Assembly (NCBI GenBank): GCA_020425695.1
Contig: JAGQRE010000006.1
Span: 1-63,934 of the forward strand
Source: Planctomycetota bacterium
GTDB taxonomy: Bacteria; Planctomycetota; UBA8742; UBA2392
Reading direction: 5' to 3'
DNA: 63,934 nucleotides
The notes below the pieces were generated by a model. That model was not told the origin of the DNA and made no database searches. It worked only from the letters and a program-made list of their open reading frames with translations. Every line of letters begins with the position of its first letter. The stretch's first letter is position 1. Shown in pieces: positions 55,652-63,934 of the stretch. A program made the position numbers and the translations under genes.

Positions 55652-55720
55652 AAGGGAGACTGCTGTTGCTCGCAATCAGAAACATCTCAGGTCGCGCTGC
55701 ACCTATCGATGGAGATAGTC

Positions 55721-57307
55721 ATGAACGAAGCCGCTAAGGGTGGTAATCCCCCTCAACCGATGCCGGAAAATGGCACCCAAGCCTCCAAGTTCGCCGCAGT
55801 TTGGGGTGCATTGCCGACGCTGGCGATTCTGGTTGCGTTAGGCGGTGTTGCGTTCTGGGGACATCACACCGGCTGGACTCTTCCCAGCTTCGATGAACTG
55901 ACGGCTGACGGCAGTGAGACTACGGCCGACTGGTGTGAGGCCCACAAAGTGCCGGAGTCCCTCTGCGTGGAATGCAACCTCGATGAATATCCGCGACCTG
56001 CCTACTACGGCTGGGACGAAGACTACGGCGTATTCAACAACCCTGAGCGTCACCCGGACCTGGCTCAAGTGAACGGCACGCCTCAACTACCAAAGTACGA
56101 TACCCTTGCAGCACTGCGCGTAATGGATCGGCAGGAAAACGATCCCAAGTGCCCGCTTCACCTTCCTCGCTTGCAGTTCGCGTCATTGGAAGCTGCCGAG
56201 AAGATGGGTGTAGAGTTCGAAGTCGTTTCTGAGCGGCCGATGGAGGATCACGTCGTTGCAAATGCCGAGGTCGTCTACGAGCCAACGGCCGTCGCGAGAG
56301 TTTCTTCGCCAGTTGGTGGCAGAGTATGGCAGGTACGGACCCAACTCGGGAACGCCGTGGCGGCTGGCGACGTGTTGGCCTTGATCGACTCACCAGGCAT
56401 CGCCGACGCGAAGGGTAACTACATTGAAGCTGTCATCGCGATGCAGACTAAAGAGGAAGAGTACCAAACGCTTCTCCAGGTTAGCGAGACAGTCAGCGTC
56501 GGGCGTATGACCTTGGTCGAAGCAAAGAGTGCTCGGGACGGCGCGAAGAGCCGCCTGACCCGTACGATCCAATTGCTGGCCAACTTGGGGCTCAACGTTC
56601 CCACGTCGGTATCCGAGTTGGATCCGGACACCCTGAACGAGGAAATGCGCTTTCTCGGCATTCCCGAGTCGCTCAGAGTGGACATCGCAGAGTCGACCAG
56701 CACATCCAGCCTTTTCCCTCTCACTGCACCACAAGCCGGAATCGTTACGGAACTGAATTTGGCAACGGGCGAAGTGGTCGATACGCGTGACGTACTCGGT
56801 GTTGTCGCGAATCGTGAGAAGATGATGGTCTCAATGAGCGTAACAGCCGAGCATTCGAAGTATGTCCGCGAAGGTCTCACAGTCCGGTTCGTATCCGACG
56901 TAGGCGAGATCACGGTTGACGGGGTCGTGAAATGGATCAGCAATTCCGTTGACGACATTTCGCGCCAGTTGGAAGTCCGTGCAACCATCACGGCCATACC
57001 GGCGAATCTGCGCGCCAACACATTCGGCACGGCATATATCATTCTCAGGCAGGAACCGAACGCGGTCGTGGTGCCACGCAGCGCGGTGCAGTGGGAGGGA
57101 GACTGCAATGTCGTGTTTGTGCGCGACAAGAACTTCCGCAAGCCTGACTACCCCAAAGTCATCCACGTCCGAAAGGTCCGACCCGGTGCCAGCGACGGTG
57201 AATTCGTAGAGCTATTGGCTGGCGTTCTGCCAGGCGAAGTAGTGGTGAGCGCAGGGGCAGGAATCCTCAGGGGGCAAATGCTCGCCAACAAGCTCGGCGC
57301 GGGCTGA
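55721..57307 (+). CDS. RND efflux periplasmic adaptor (CzcB/CusB-like, HlyD family)
   Basis: GGAG lies 6 nt before ATG 55721; an alternative ATG is at 55709. The protein has a TM anchor, WCEAHKVPESLCVECN, and lipoyl/beta-barrel adaptor blocks. Confidence 0.8.
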   Translation: MNEAAKGGNPPQPMPENGTQASKFAAVWGALPTLAILVALGGVAFWGHHTGWTLPSFDELTADGSETTADWCEAHKVPESLCVECNLDEYPRPAYYGWDEDYGVFNNPERHPDLAQVNGTPQLPKYDTLAALRVMDRQENDPKCPLHLPRLQFASLEAAEKMGVEFEVVSERPMEDHVVANAEVVYEPTAVARVSSPVGGRVWQVRTQLGNAVAAGDVLALIDSPGIADAKGNYIEAVIAMQTKEEEYQTLLQVSETVSVGRMTLVEAKSARDGAKSRLTRTIQLLANLGLNVPTSVSELDPDTLNEEMRFLGIPESLRVDIAESTSTSSLFPLTAPQAGIVTELNLATGEVVDTRDVLGVVANREKMMVSMSVTAEHSKYVREGLTVRFVSDVGEITVDGVVKWISNSVDDISRQLEVRATITAIPANLRANTFGTAYIILRQEPNAVVVPRSAVQWEGDCNVVFVRDKNFRKPDYPKVIHVRKVRPGASDGEFVELLAGVLPGEVVVSAGAGILRGQMLANKLGAG

Positions 57308-57375
57308 GTGGATTGCGTAGGTGAGTAGCCCGGTCGGGCCTCTGAAATAGAAACTCCAACGATGGACGGTCAGCC

Positions 57376-60300
57376 GTGCTGAACTGGTTAATCAACTTTT
57401 CCTTACGGCATAGGTACGCGGTCATTATCGGCTCGCTGGTCCTCGGCGTTGGTGGCTTCATTTCGATGAACCAGTTGGAACTGGACGCCTTTCCGGATAC
57501 CACGCCGGTAATGGTTCAAATCAACACGGTCGCACCGGCGCTAGGCCCTGAAGAAGTCGAAAGCCAGCTGACCTTCCCAATCGAGCAGTCGCTGAGCGGT
57601 CTGCCAAAGCTTGAACTCGTACGTTCGATATCAAAGTTCGGGCTATCTCAAGTCGTGGTGATTTTCGAAGACGGCACGGATATCTATTTCGCTCGTCAGC
57701 TTGTAACCGAGCGCTTGAATACCGTTGAGTTGCCGGAAGGCCTCCAGAAACCGGAGCTCGGTCCAGTATCAACAGGGCTGGGCGAGGTGTTTCACTACAT
57801 CGTTACCAGCGAGGGTTCAGATCTTACGGACCTACGCACCACTCACGATTGGGTAGTAAAGCCGACACTTCGTACCGTACCGGGTACCGCTGAGGTCAAT
57901 AGCTGGGGTGGATATGAAAAGCAATTTCAAGTGCGCATCTACCCCGAAAAGTTGGTCAAGCACGAACTGACATTCGAAGAAGTAGTAGAAGCGCTTGAGA
58001 AGAACAACCGGAACGTAGGCGGTGGCAGCATAAGCGACGAGTCCGAGACACTGCTGGTTCACGGACACGGACGCCTGGAATCGCTTGACGCAATTCGCAA
58101 CATCATCCTCTCATCTGAAGACGGTGTACCGGTCAAACTTCTTGACGTCGCTGACGTCGAGATCGGTCACGAAATTCGTCGCGGGGCGGTGACGGCCGAT
58201 GGTAAGGGGGAAGTCGTCCTCGGAATCGGCTTCATGCTGATGGGCGAAAACAGCCACGAAGTCACCTGGAACATGAAGGACAAGTTGGACGAAGTGAGCG
58301 GCTCCCTGCCGCCCGGCACTCGCGTTGAGCCCGTCTACGACCGCACGGAACTGGTCGACTACGTCATCGACACGGTACGGGGGAACTTGCTTGAAGGCGG
58401 GCTATTCGTCGTAGTCGTGCTGTTCCTTTTTCTGGGTAACTTTCGAGGTGCGTTCATCGTCGCTTTGGCGATTCCCCTTTCCATGCTCGCAGCATTTAGC
58501 GGAATGCTCCAGGCTGGCATAGCGGCAAGCTTGCTCAGTCTTGGAGCAATTGATTTTGGCATGGTCGTGGACTCGTCAGTTGTAATGGTCGAGAACTGCG
58601 TACGGCGGCTGGCTGGCGACAAGTCGGGCGCTAGCAAACTGGACATCATCCGCGACGCCGCAATTGAGGTGAGGCGACCGACTCTGTTCGGTGAGCTGAT
58701 TATCATGATCGTGTACCTTCCAATTCTCACGTTGGAGGGCATCGAGGGCAAGTTGTTCCGGCCAATGGCGCTTACCGTGATATTCGCATTAGCCGGTTCG
58801 ATGCTGCTCTCCATGACGCTGATGCCAGCCCTCGCCAGCATAATCCTTCCAAGGAGACCAAGGGAAAAGGAGCCCTTGTTGATGCGCCTGGTTCTTCGGC
58901 TCTACACTCCCGTACTGGATTTCGCGTTGCGTCGAAAAGGCTTTGTCATGGCCGTTGGCGCTCTCATCCTGTTCGTCGCATTTGGCGTGGTTGCCCCGAA
59001 TCTAGGGTCGGAGTTCGTCCCGCGACTGTCAGAGGGTGCGATTGTGATCAACACGGTGCGCCTGACCGGTACTTCCATCGAAGACTCGGTCGAAAGCAAC
59101 ACGCAGATTGAGCGGGCGATCCTTCGAGAGTTCCCAGACGAAGTCGAACATGTGTGGAGTCGAATCGGGACGGCCGAAGTCGCAACTGACCCCATGGGCA
59201 TCGAGCTCACGGACATATTCGTGACGTTCAAGCCACGGCCTCAGTGGAAACGTGCGTCCACCCAAGCCGAACTGACCGAGAAGATTCAACGCAGCTTGCG
59301 TGATGTGCCTGGACTAAAGATGGCGTACACGCAGCCGATTGAAATGCGGATCAATGAGATGGTCTCCGGCGTCCGAACAGACTTCGCTGTGAAGATTTTT
59401 GGTGACGACTTTGACGAACTCGTGGAAAAAGCCCAGGAGGTCGAGTCGATCCTTTTGTCAACGGAAGGCAGTGCCGACGTAAGCGTTGAGCAGATTACCG
59501 GACAGCCTGTGTTGGAGGTGCGAGTTCGTCAGGATCAACTAGCGCGCTACGGCGTGCCAGCGCAGGACGTGATGAACTTGGTTGAGTCTTTGGGCTCGTT
59601 CGAAGTAGGAGAAGTGTTTCAGGGTCAGCTTCGATTCCCGCTTGTCATCCGGCTTCCGGAGAAGTACCGAGAAGGTGCCCAATCGGTCCGTGAGCTGTTG
59701 CTCACGAGCGCCGACGGAGAGAAGGTCCCGTTGGGGCGACTCGCGGATGTAACCGTTATCGAAGGGCCGTCCACCATTACTCGCGAGTGGGGCCAGCGTC
59801 GTATCACCGTCACCTGCAACGTCCGAGGGCGGGACCTCGGCAGTTTTGTCGAAGAGGCTCAGGCAAAAGTTGATGAGGGCGTTGCACTTCCATCGGCTCG
59901 CTACCGTATTGACTACGGAGGGCAGTACGAAAACCTGATCCGTGCGCAGAGTCGACTGTTCTTGGTCGTACCACTGGCTCTCGCACTGATATTCATCCTG
60001 CTGTACTTCACCTACCACAACATCATCGATTCCGTCAGGGTATTCACGGCGTTGCCGTTCGCGTGGGTAGGTGGAATCTTCGCGCTGTGGATTCGAGGAA
60101 TGCCGTTCTCGATCTCTGCGGCGATTGGGTTCATCGCGCTGTCAGGCGTCGCGGTGCTCGATGACATGATCCTTGTGTCTTACATCAATCAACTCCGAGC
60201 AAAGGGCATGCCGGTCGAAGAGGCCGTTACAGTCGCTGCAAAAACACGACTCCGACCCGTCTTGATGACGACACTTGTGGCGGCGTTGGGGTTCGTACCC

Positions 60301-60471
60301 ATGGCTTTCAACAAAGGCATGGGTGCGGAGGTGCAACGTCCACTGGCGACCGTAGTCATCGGTGGCGTTGTCGTAGCCATGGTTATGTCGCTTGTCGTCG
60401 GCCGTGTCGTCTACGTGCTTTCGGACAAACTGCGACGTCCTCGCGTGTATTCAGCTAAGACAGAGGTCTAG
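57376..60471 (+). CDS. CusA/CzcA-family heavy-metal RND transporter
   Basis: 1031 aa with 12-TM RND topology. Typical blocks are DAFPDTTPVMVQI, GAIDFGMVVDSSVVMVEN and ALSGVAVLDDMILV. Confidence 0.9.
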   Translation: MLNWLINFSLRHRYAVIIGSLVLGVGGFISMNQLELDAFPDTTPVMVQINTVAPALGPEEVESQLTFPIEQSLSGLPKLELVRSISKFGLSQVVVIFEDGTDIYFARQLVTERLNTVELPEGLQKPELGPVSTGLGEVFHYIVTSEGSDLTDLRTTHDWVVKPTLRTVPGTAEVNSWGGYEKQFQVRIYPEKLVKHELTFEEVVEALEKNNRNVGGGSISDESETLLVHGHGRLESLDAIRNIILSSEDGVPVKLLDVADVEIGHEIRRGAVTADGKGEVVLGIGFMLMGENSHEVTWNMKDKLDEVSGSLPPGTRVEPVYDRTELVDYVIDTVRGNLLEGGLFVVVVLFLFLGNFRGAFIVALAIPLSMLAAFSGMLQAGIAASLLSLGAIDFGMVVDSSVVMVENCVRRLAGDKSGASKLDIIRDAAIEVRRPTLFGELIIMIVYLPILTLEGIEGKLFRPMALTVIFALAGSMLLSMTLMPALASIILPRRPREKEPLLMRLVLRLYTPVLDFALRRKGFVMAVGALILFVAFGVVAPNLGSEFVPRLSEGAIVINTVRLTGTSIEDSVESNTQIERAILREFPDEVEHVWSRIGTAEVATDPMGIELTDIFVTFKPRPQWKRASTQAELTEKIQRSLRDVPGLKMAYTQPIEMRINEMVSGVRTDFAVKIFGDDFDELVEKAQEVESILLSTEGSADVSVEQITGQPVLEVRVRQDQLARYGVPAQDVMNLVESLGSFEVGEVFQGQLRFPLVIRLPEKYREGAQSVRELLLTSADGEKVPLGRLADVTVIEGPSTITREWGQRRITVTCNVRGRDLGSFVEEAQAKVDEGVALPSARYRIDYGGQYENLIRAQSRLFLVVPLALALIFILLYFTYHNIIDSVRVFTALPFAWVGGIFALWIRGMPFSISAAIGFIALSGVAVLDDMILVSYINQLRAKGMPVEEAVTVAAKTRLRPVLMTTLVAALGFVPMAFNKGMGAEVQRPLATVVIGGVVVAMVMSLVVGRVVYVLSDKLRRPRVYSAKTEV

Positions 60472-60523
60472 TTTGACCTGCCGTATAAGCGTTACTTCAT
60501 TTTTCAGGAACAAGGGGAGACTA

Positions 60524-60910
60524 ATGAGAGGTATCAACAAGTTTACTGTGGGCAACGCAATGCTCGTCATCGCTGTCGTGCTGGTCATGACGGCGTGTGG
60601 CGGAGCGGGGAACAATGCTGCTGCGAATGACGGTGGCACTAAAGCTTCGACCACACCGCTTATCGTTTACACAGATCATATGGATGACGAGTGCCCTGAG
60701 GACATTGAGAGAGAGACGAAGGGAATCGCCGGGCTGGATCGGGTTGAGTGCGACGTCCCGAAGAAAACCACGAAGGTCTACCCTAAAGCTGGCGCAACGC
60801 TGTCGATCAAGGCGGTTTGGGAAGCCATTGACAAGGCCCTTGAGGGCGAAGGCAAAGTCGAGAAGGTTGACGGTCCGGACGGAATGGTGACGTCTAAGCC
60901 TGACAAGTAG
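60524..60910 (+). CDS. Small lipoprotein, HMA-like fold (putative metal chaperone)
   Basis: AAGGGGAG precedes ATG 60524. Lipobox VMTAC. A ferredoxin-like segment LIVYTDHMDDECPEDIERE...VECDV is present but lacks the canonical CxxC. Confidence 0.4.
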   Translation: MRGINKFTVGNAMLVIAVVLVMTACGGAGNNAAANDGGTKASTTPLIVYTDHMDDECPEDIERETKGIAGLDRVECDVPKKTTKVYPKAGATLSIKAVWEAIDKALEGEGKVEKVDGPDGMVTSKPDK

Positions 60911-60989
60911 GCGGGCTGTATCGGCTACTAAAGCTGCTTGAGCTGTCGGTAGTGGAGTTTCTTGTGTCAGCGGCGAGCAGGAGCGTTAG

Positions 60990-62378
60990 ATGTTGAGATG
61001 TCGAGAAACCGGGATAGCGATTCTCGCTGTGACCACACTTTGGTGCGTTGCGGGATGTCAGAGTTACTCACCACTGCCGCTGGATTTGGATGAGCACCAG
61101 CGGCAGTGGGAATCTCGTGACGTGAACGGGAGTGCAGTCCGCGCGTACTCGGAAAACTTGAACAAACGGGACGGTGGTCGACGGGCACCATATGACCCGG
61201 CTGACGGACTAAGCCTGGAAGAAGCCGAGGCAGTTGCTTTGTTCTTCAATGCGTCCCTGCGAACGCTCCGCCTTGATTCTGGCGTGGCACTCGCCGGAGC
61301 AATTGAGGCCGCAAATTGGCAGGACCCGGAGCTCAGCGTCGATGGAGGGGTCATCCTCGCGTCAATCGCTCAGCCATGGTACGCCGCTGCCGCGATCAGA
61401 TTCACCATTCCGCTGTCAGGCCGTCCTGGTGTCGAGCAAGATAAAGCCTACGCGGTCCATCGTGAGGAGTGGGCGTCTGTCGTAGCGGCCGAGTGGGAAC
61501 TGCTCGGAGCCCTTAGGCGCGAGTGGGTGAAGCTGGCTGCGATTCGCCAACGGCTAGCCCTCGCCGAGGTTCAGCTGGGCGAAGTTGAAAGCATCCGAGA
61601 CTCAGCGAAGGCCTTGTTAGATGTTGGCAGGGTGACCGCAGCGGAGGTTCGAGTCTTTGAAATCGAACTGGTACGACAGGAACTGTTGATTGAGCGGCTC
61701 AAACGCCAAGCGGCAATCCAGGTAGATGTCATTCGCGGCATCTTGGGACTCGTGCCAGAAGCGCCCGTCAAGCTCGTTACGCAACTCGACGCGTTCCTGA
61801 ACGTACCGCCCGACGTCATTGGGGCCATGCGCGAACGCAATCCCCACCTTGCGGTAAAACGTGCTGCCTATGACGTCGCGGAACAGTCCCTTCGGTTGGA
61901 GATTAGGAAGCAGTACCCAGACCTAACCATCGGTCCTGGCTACGAGATTGAGGAGGGCCAGTCCCGCATTGGGATCGGATTCGGACTCCCGATACCCATT
62001 ATCAATCTGAACCGACGTGGCATCGCCGAAGCAAGGGCGAAGCGTCTGGCATCGAAGTCAGCATTTGAAGCTGAATATGAACGGCTTGCTGCAAAAGTCG
62101 CGGTGTCAGAGAAAGAACTTCAGCTTGCAACCGAGATTCGAAAGACGCTTGAGGACGTGCTACTCCCACTTGCCAGTACACAAGTGAAAGAAGTCGTGAA
62201 ACTGGGCGAACTAGGACGCCTTGACGTAGTTCTCGTGCTCGAATCTATGCGCACCCGATACGAAGCCCAATTGGAGCTTGTGGACGCTCGGCTGCAAGAG
62301 TCGTTGGCAACGATCAGCCTTGCAGAAGTCGTAGGTCCGACTTACGGGAAACCCCCGATACCGACGGAGGGTAGTTGA
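60990..62378 (+). CDS. TolC/CzcC-like outer-membrane efflux factor
   Basis: Lipobox CVAGC, followed by two coiled-coil/beta repeats typical of the OMF family. Confidence 0.75.
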   Translation: MLRCRETGIAILAVTTLWCVAGCQSYSPLPLDLDEHQRQWESRDVNGSAVRAYSENLNKRDGGRRAPYDPADGLSLEEAEAVALFFNASLRTLRLDSGVALAGAIEAANWQDPELSVDGGVILASIAQPWYAAAAIRFTIPLSGRPGVEQDKAYAVHREEWASVVAAEWELLGALRREWVKLAAIRQRLALAEVQLGEVESIRDSAKALLDVGRVTAAEVRVFEIELVRQELLIERLKRQAAIQVDVIRGILGLVPEAPVKLVTQLDAFLNVPPDVIGAMRERNPHLAVKRAAYDVAEQSLRLEIRKQYPDLTIGPGYEIEEGQSRIGIGFGLPIPIINLNRRGIAEARAKRLASKSAFEAEYERLAAKVAVSEKELQLATEIRKTLEDVLLPLASTQVKEVVKLGELGRLDVVLVLESMRTRYEAQLELVDARLQESLATISLAEVVGPTYGKPPIPTEGS

Positions 62379-62534
62379 GAGAGTTGCTATCCCGTCTTCG
62401 ATGAGGGCGGCTCAGGACTGGTCGGTTGTTTACCGGACTCTGACCAGCCCGTATTCGAACGGCGACGAGTTGTTGATCTGTCGCGAATTCAATGGAATGC
62501 CGGAAGGCTTCAAAACGACTGTCGGAGAACTTTG

Positions 62535-63383
62535 ATGAAAACATGCCGGGCTCTTTTCCTTCTGGCCGCAATTGCAGCCTCCTTGCTGGCGGTGGCCTGT
62601 GGTCAAGGTGGTGAAGAAGAGACGGGGAACCAAGCCCAAACCTCAGAGCCTCCTTTGTCTTGGGACGATCAGTCGAATTCTGAGTGGCTCTATCGAAGCC
62701 AATACAAAACTACCATGCGGCACATGTGGCTGAACGCGAATCGTATCGTTGCTGCCGGTAGCGGGGAAAATGAACCCTCCTGGGCAGAAGTCGAGATGTT
62801 TGCAACGGACATACATTGGCGGGCAGAGTTGTATGCAAGCTATTGGCAGCTTCTAGTCGCTGAGTCAGAGGAAGGGTTGTTTGCACTTGAAGATGAAGAC
62901 CGAATTGGCGTGTCCGCGCAAATCGACAAGGTGAGCATGGCTTGCGATAGTTGCCATGCCGCTACATGGTCGCCTTGGTACCTGCGGGTCAACGAAGGCA
63001 CGTTAGACCAGTGGAAGTCGAACGAACCACGGCCCCACATAGCAGTCAACCCGGAGCCGAATCCACCCCTTCGGACTCCCCACCTCGAAGAAATGAAACT
63101 GATTTGTGACAACGAGGTCGATTTACGCGCTTCGCTGGACAAGTGGGACCTGGCAAAAATGGAAGATGCGCTGACCTCAATCCGAAATGTCGCGACTGCA
63201 AGGTCCGCATTCTGGAAACCCGTTGTCGAAAACTCAGCCACGATCATGGACTTGGCCCAGAGGAAGAAGCGAGAAGGTCTGTCTGAAGCCTACGGAGGGA
63301 TGACGTTCGGTTGCCTCGCTTGCCACGCCAGCAATGTCGGCAAACTTCGCGAGATCAACAACCCCGTCCCTTGGACGGACTAA
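62535..63383 (+). CDS. Di-haem c-type cytochrome lipoprotein (two cytochrome c'-like halves)
   Basis: Lipobox LLAVAC. There are two CxxCH sites (CDSCH, CLACH), each at the end of a ~120-aa helical half. Confidence 0.6.
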   Translation: MKTCRALFLLAAIAASLLAVACGQGGEEETGNQAQTSEPPLSWDDQSNSEWLYRSQYKTTMRHMWLNANRIVAAGSGENEPSWAEVEMFATDIHWRAELYASYWQLLVAESEEGLFALEDEDRIGVSAQIDKVSMACDSCHAATWSPWYLRVNEGTLDQWKSNEPRPHIAVNPEPNPPLRTPHLEEMKLICDNEVDLRASLDKWDLAKMEDALTSIRNVATARSAFWKPVVENSATIMDLAQRKKREGLSEAYGGMTFGCLACHASNVGKLREINNPVPWTD

Positions 63384-63857
63384 GCCGTGTATGGAGCCAG
63401 GGGTGTTAGCGCCAGTCGCAATTTTCTACGAGCCGGTAACAGGTTGCACAAGAACATTGAAGTCAAGCTTCATTCGGAGGAATAGAAGCTTTGTGAGTGT
63501 AGGAACAGCCTCGTTGAAGAGTCCGGATGTTCAGTTCGTCGACCAGGAAAGGTCAGGATTCAGTTTATGAGGGGGTGGGTTCGCTTCGATTCCTCCGAAG
63601 CCTGTCTTGCACCAGTGCCTGCCCCCTCTCTACTCTTGTAGAACTTGATGCGTTGCGATCAGTCATACGAAGCCTTTGTCACTTGTCGTTACCGAAAATG
63701 CCGTCTTGGCAGTTTTGACCGATGACTTTGATCCAACGGTGATTCTGTCCGTGCAGCCTGAGCGCTGCACGGAAACCCTATAGTACTGGACCTTTACGCC
63801 GACAAGCGCACGCCCGACGTCCATCGCAACTCGACTCTGTACTCAAGTGCGGATCGG

Positions 63858-63934
63858 GCCCCCGCTACCAATTTCAGTACAGAATCGAGGGCGCCCGTCA
63901 GGGAGCCCTCGATTCTCATTTGGCCCTGAGCGTC
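63858..63934. repeat. Direct repeat, right copy (attR side), truncated by window end
   Basis: Identical to 31131-31207. It includes a pseudo tRNA 3' end (GCCCCCGCTACCA) and the hairpin copy. Confidence 0.9.

Larger units (their letters stand above)
31131..63934. mobile_element. ~32.7-kb tRNA-Met-associated integrated element (genomic island; no capsid or conjugation genes recognised)
   Basis: Bounded by a >=77-bp perfect direct repeat with a serine integrase at the tRNA-proximal end. The cargo is entirely accessory (defence, metal efflux, replication-like ORFs). It looks visibly less GC-rich than the flank (by eye). Confidence 0.75.

Noticed and set aside
31131-63934. Island considered as a prophage or conjugative element
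   Set aside because: No terminase, portal, capsid, tail, lysis, relaxase, coupling protein or T4SS signatures were seen in any frame.

Overview
High-GC bacterial chromosomal window. The gene content looks Planctomycetota-like, but that is an inference only. Positions 1-31,000 are ordinary core genome. They hold a glycolysis cluster (pyk, pfk, gap), peroxiredoxin, ndk, rsfS, envelope glycosyltransferases, a pyruvoyl arginine decarboxylase/agmatinase pair, a membrane Ser/Thr kinase and several lineage-typical secreted or HEAT/prenyltransferase-like proteins. Genes are tightly packed and several convergent pairs share or abut stop codons. At 31,068 lies an initiator-like tRNA-Met(CAU). Its last 13 nt plus 64 nt downstream (31131-31207) recur perfectly at 63858-63934, which is the window edge. 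This repeat brackets a ~32.7-kb integrated element that looks less GC-rich by eye. The element carries five blocks. (i) A large serine recombinase sits next to the tRNA. (ii) A minus-strand block of unassignable ORFs includes two distant paralogs that may be Rep-like and a duplicated 94-bp leader. (iii) A translationally coupled operon contains a second, small serine recombinase and is preceded by sigma54-like -24/-12 elements and repeat motifs. (iv) A 12-kb same-strand defence block holds a Hachiman-like pair (PD-(D/E)xK protein + DExH helicase), an Hhe-like DUF4011/SF1-helicase/Vsr-like nuclease giant protein, and a short-pAgo/TIR-APAZ (SPARTA-type) pair. (v) A 117-bp (39-codon) tandem repeat is followed by a MerR-controlled heavy-metal RND efflux operon with a di-haem lipoprotein. 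The SPARTA-type pair, its unusual polybasic N-termini and the adjacent 117-bp repeat are the best candidates for something new. All assignments come from reading motifs by eye; no searches or computations were run, so identities and boundaries need HMM/BLAST confirmation.
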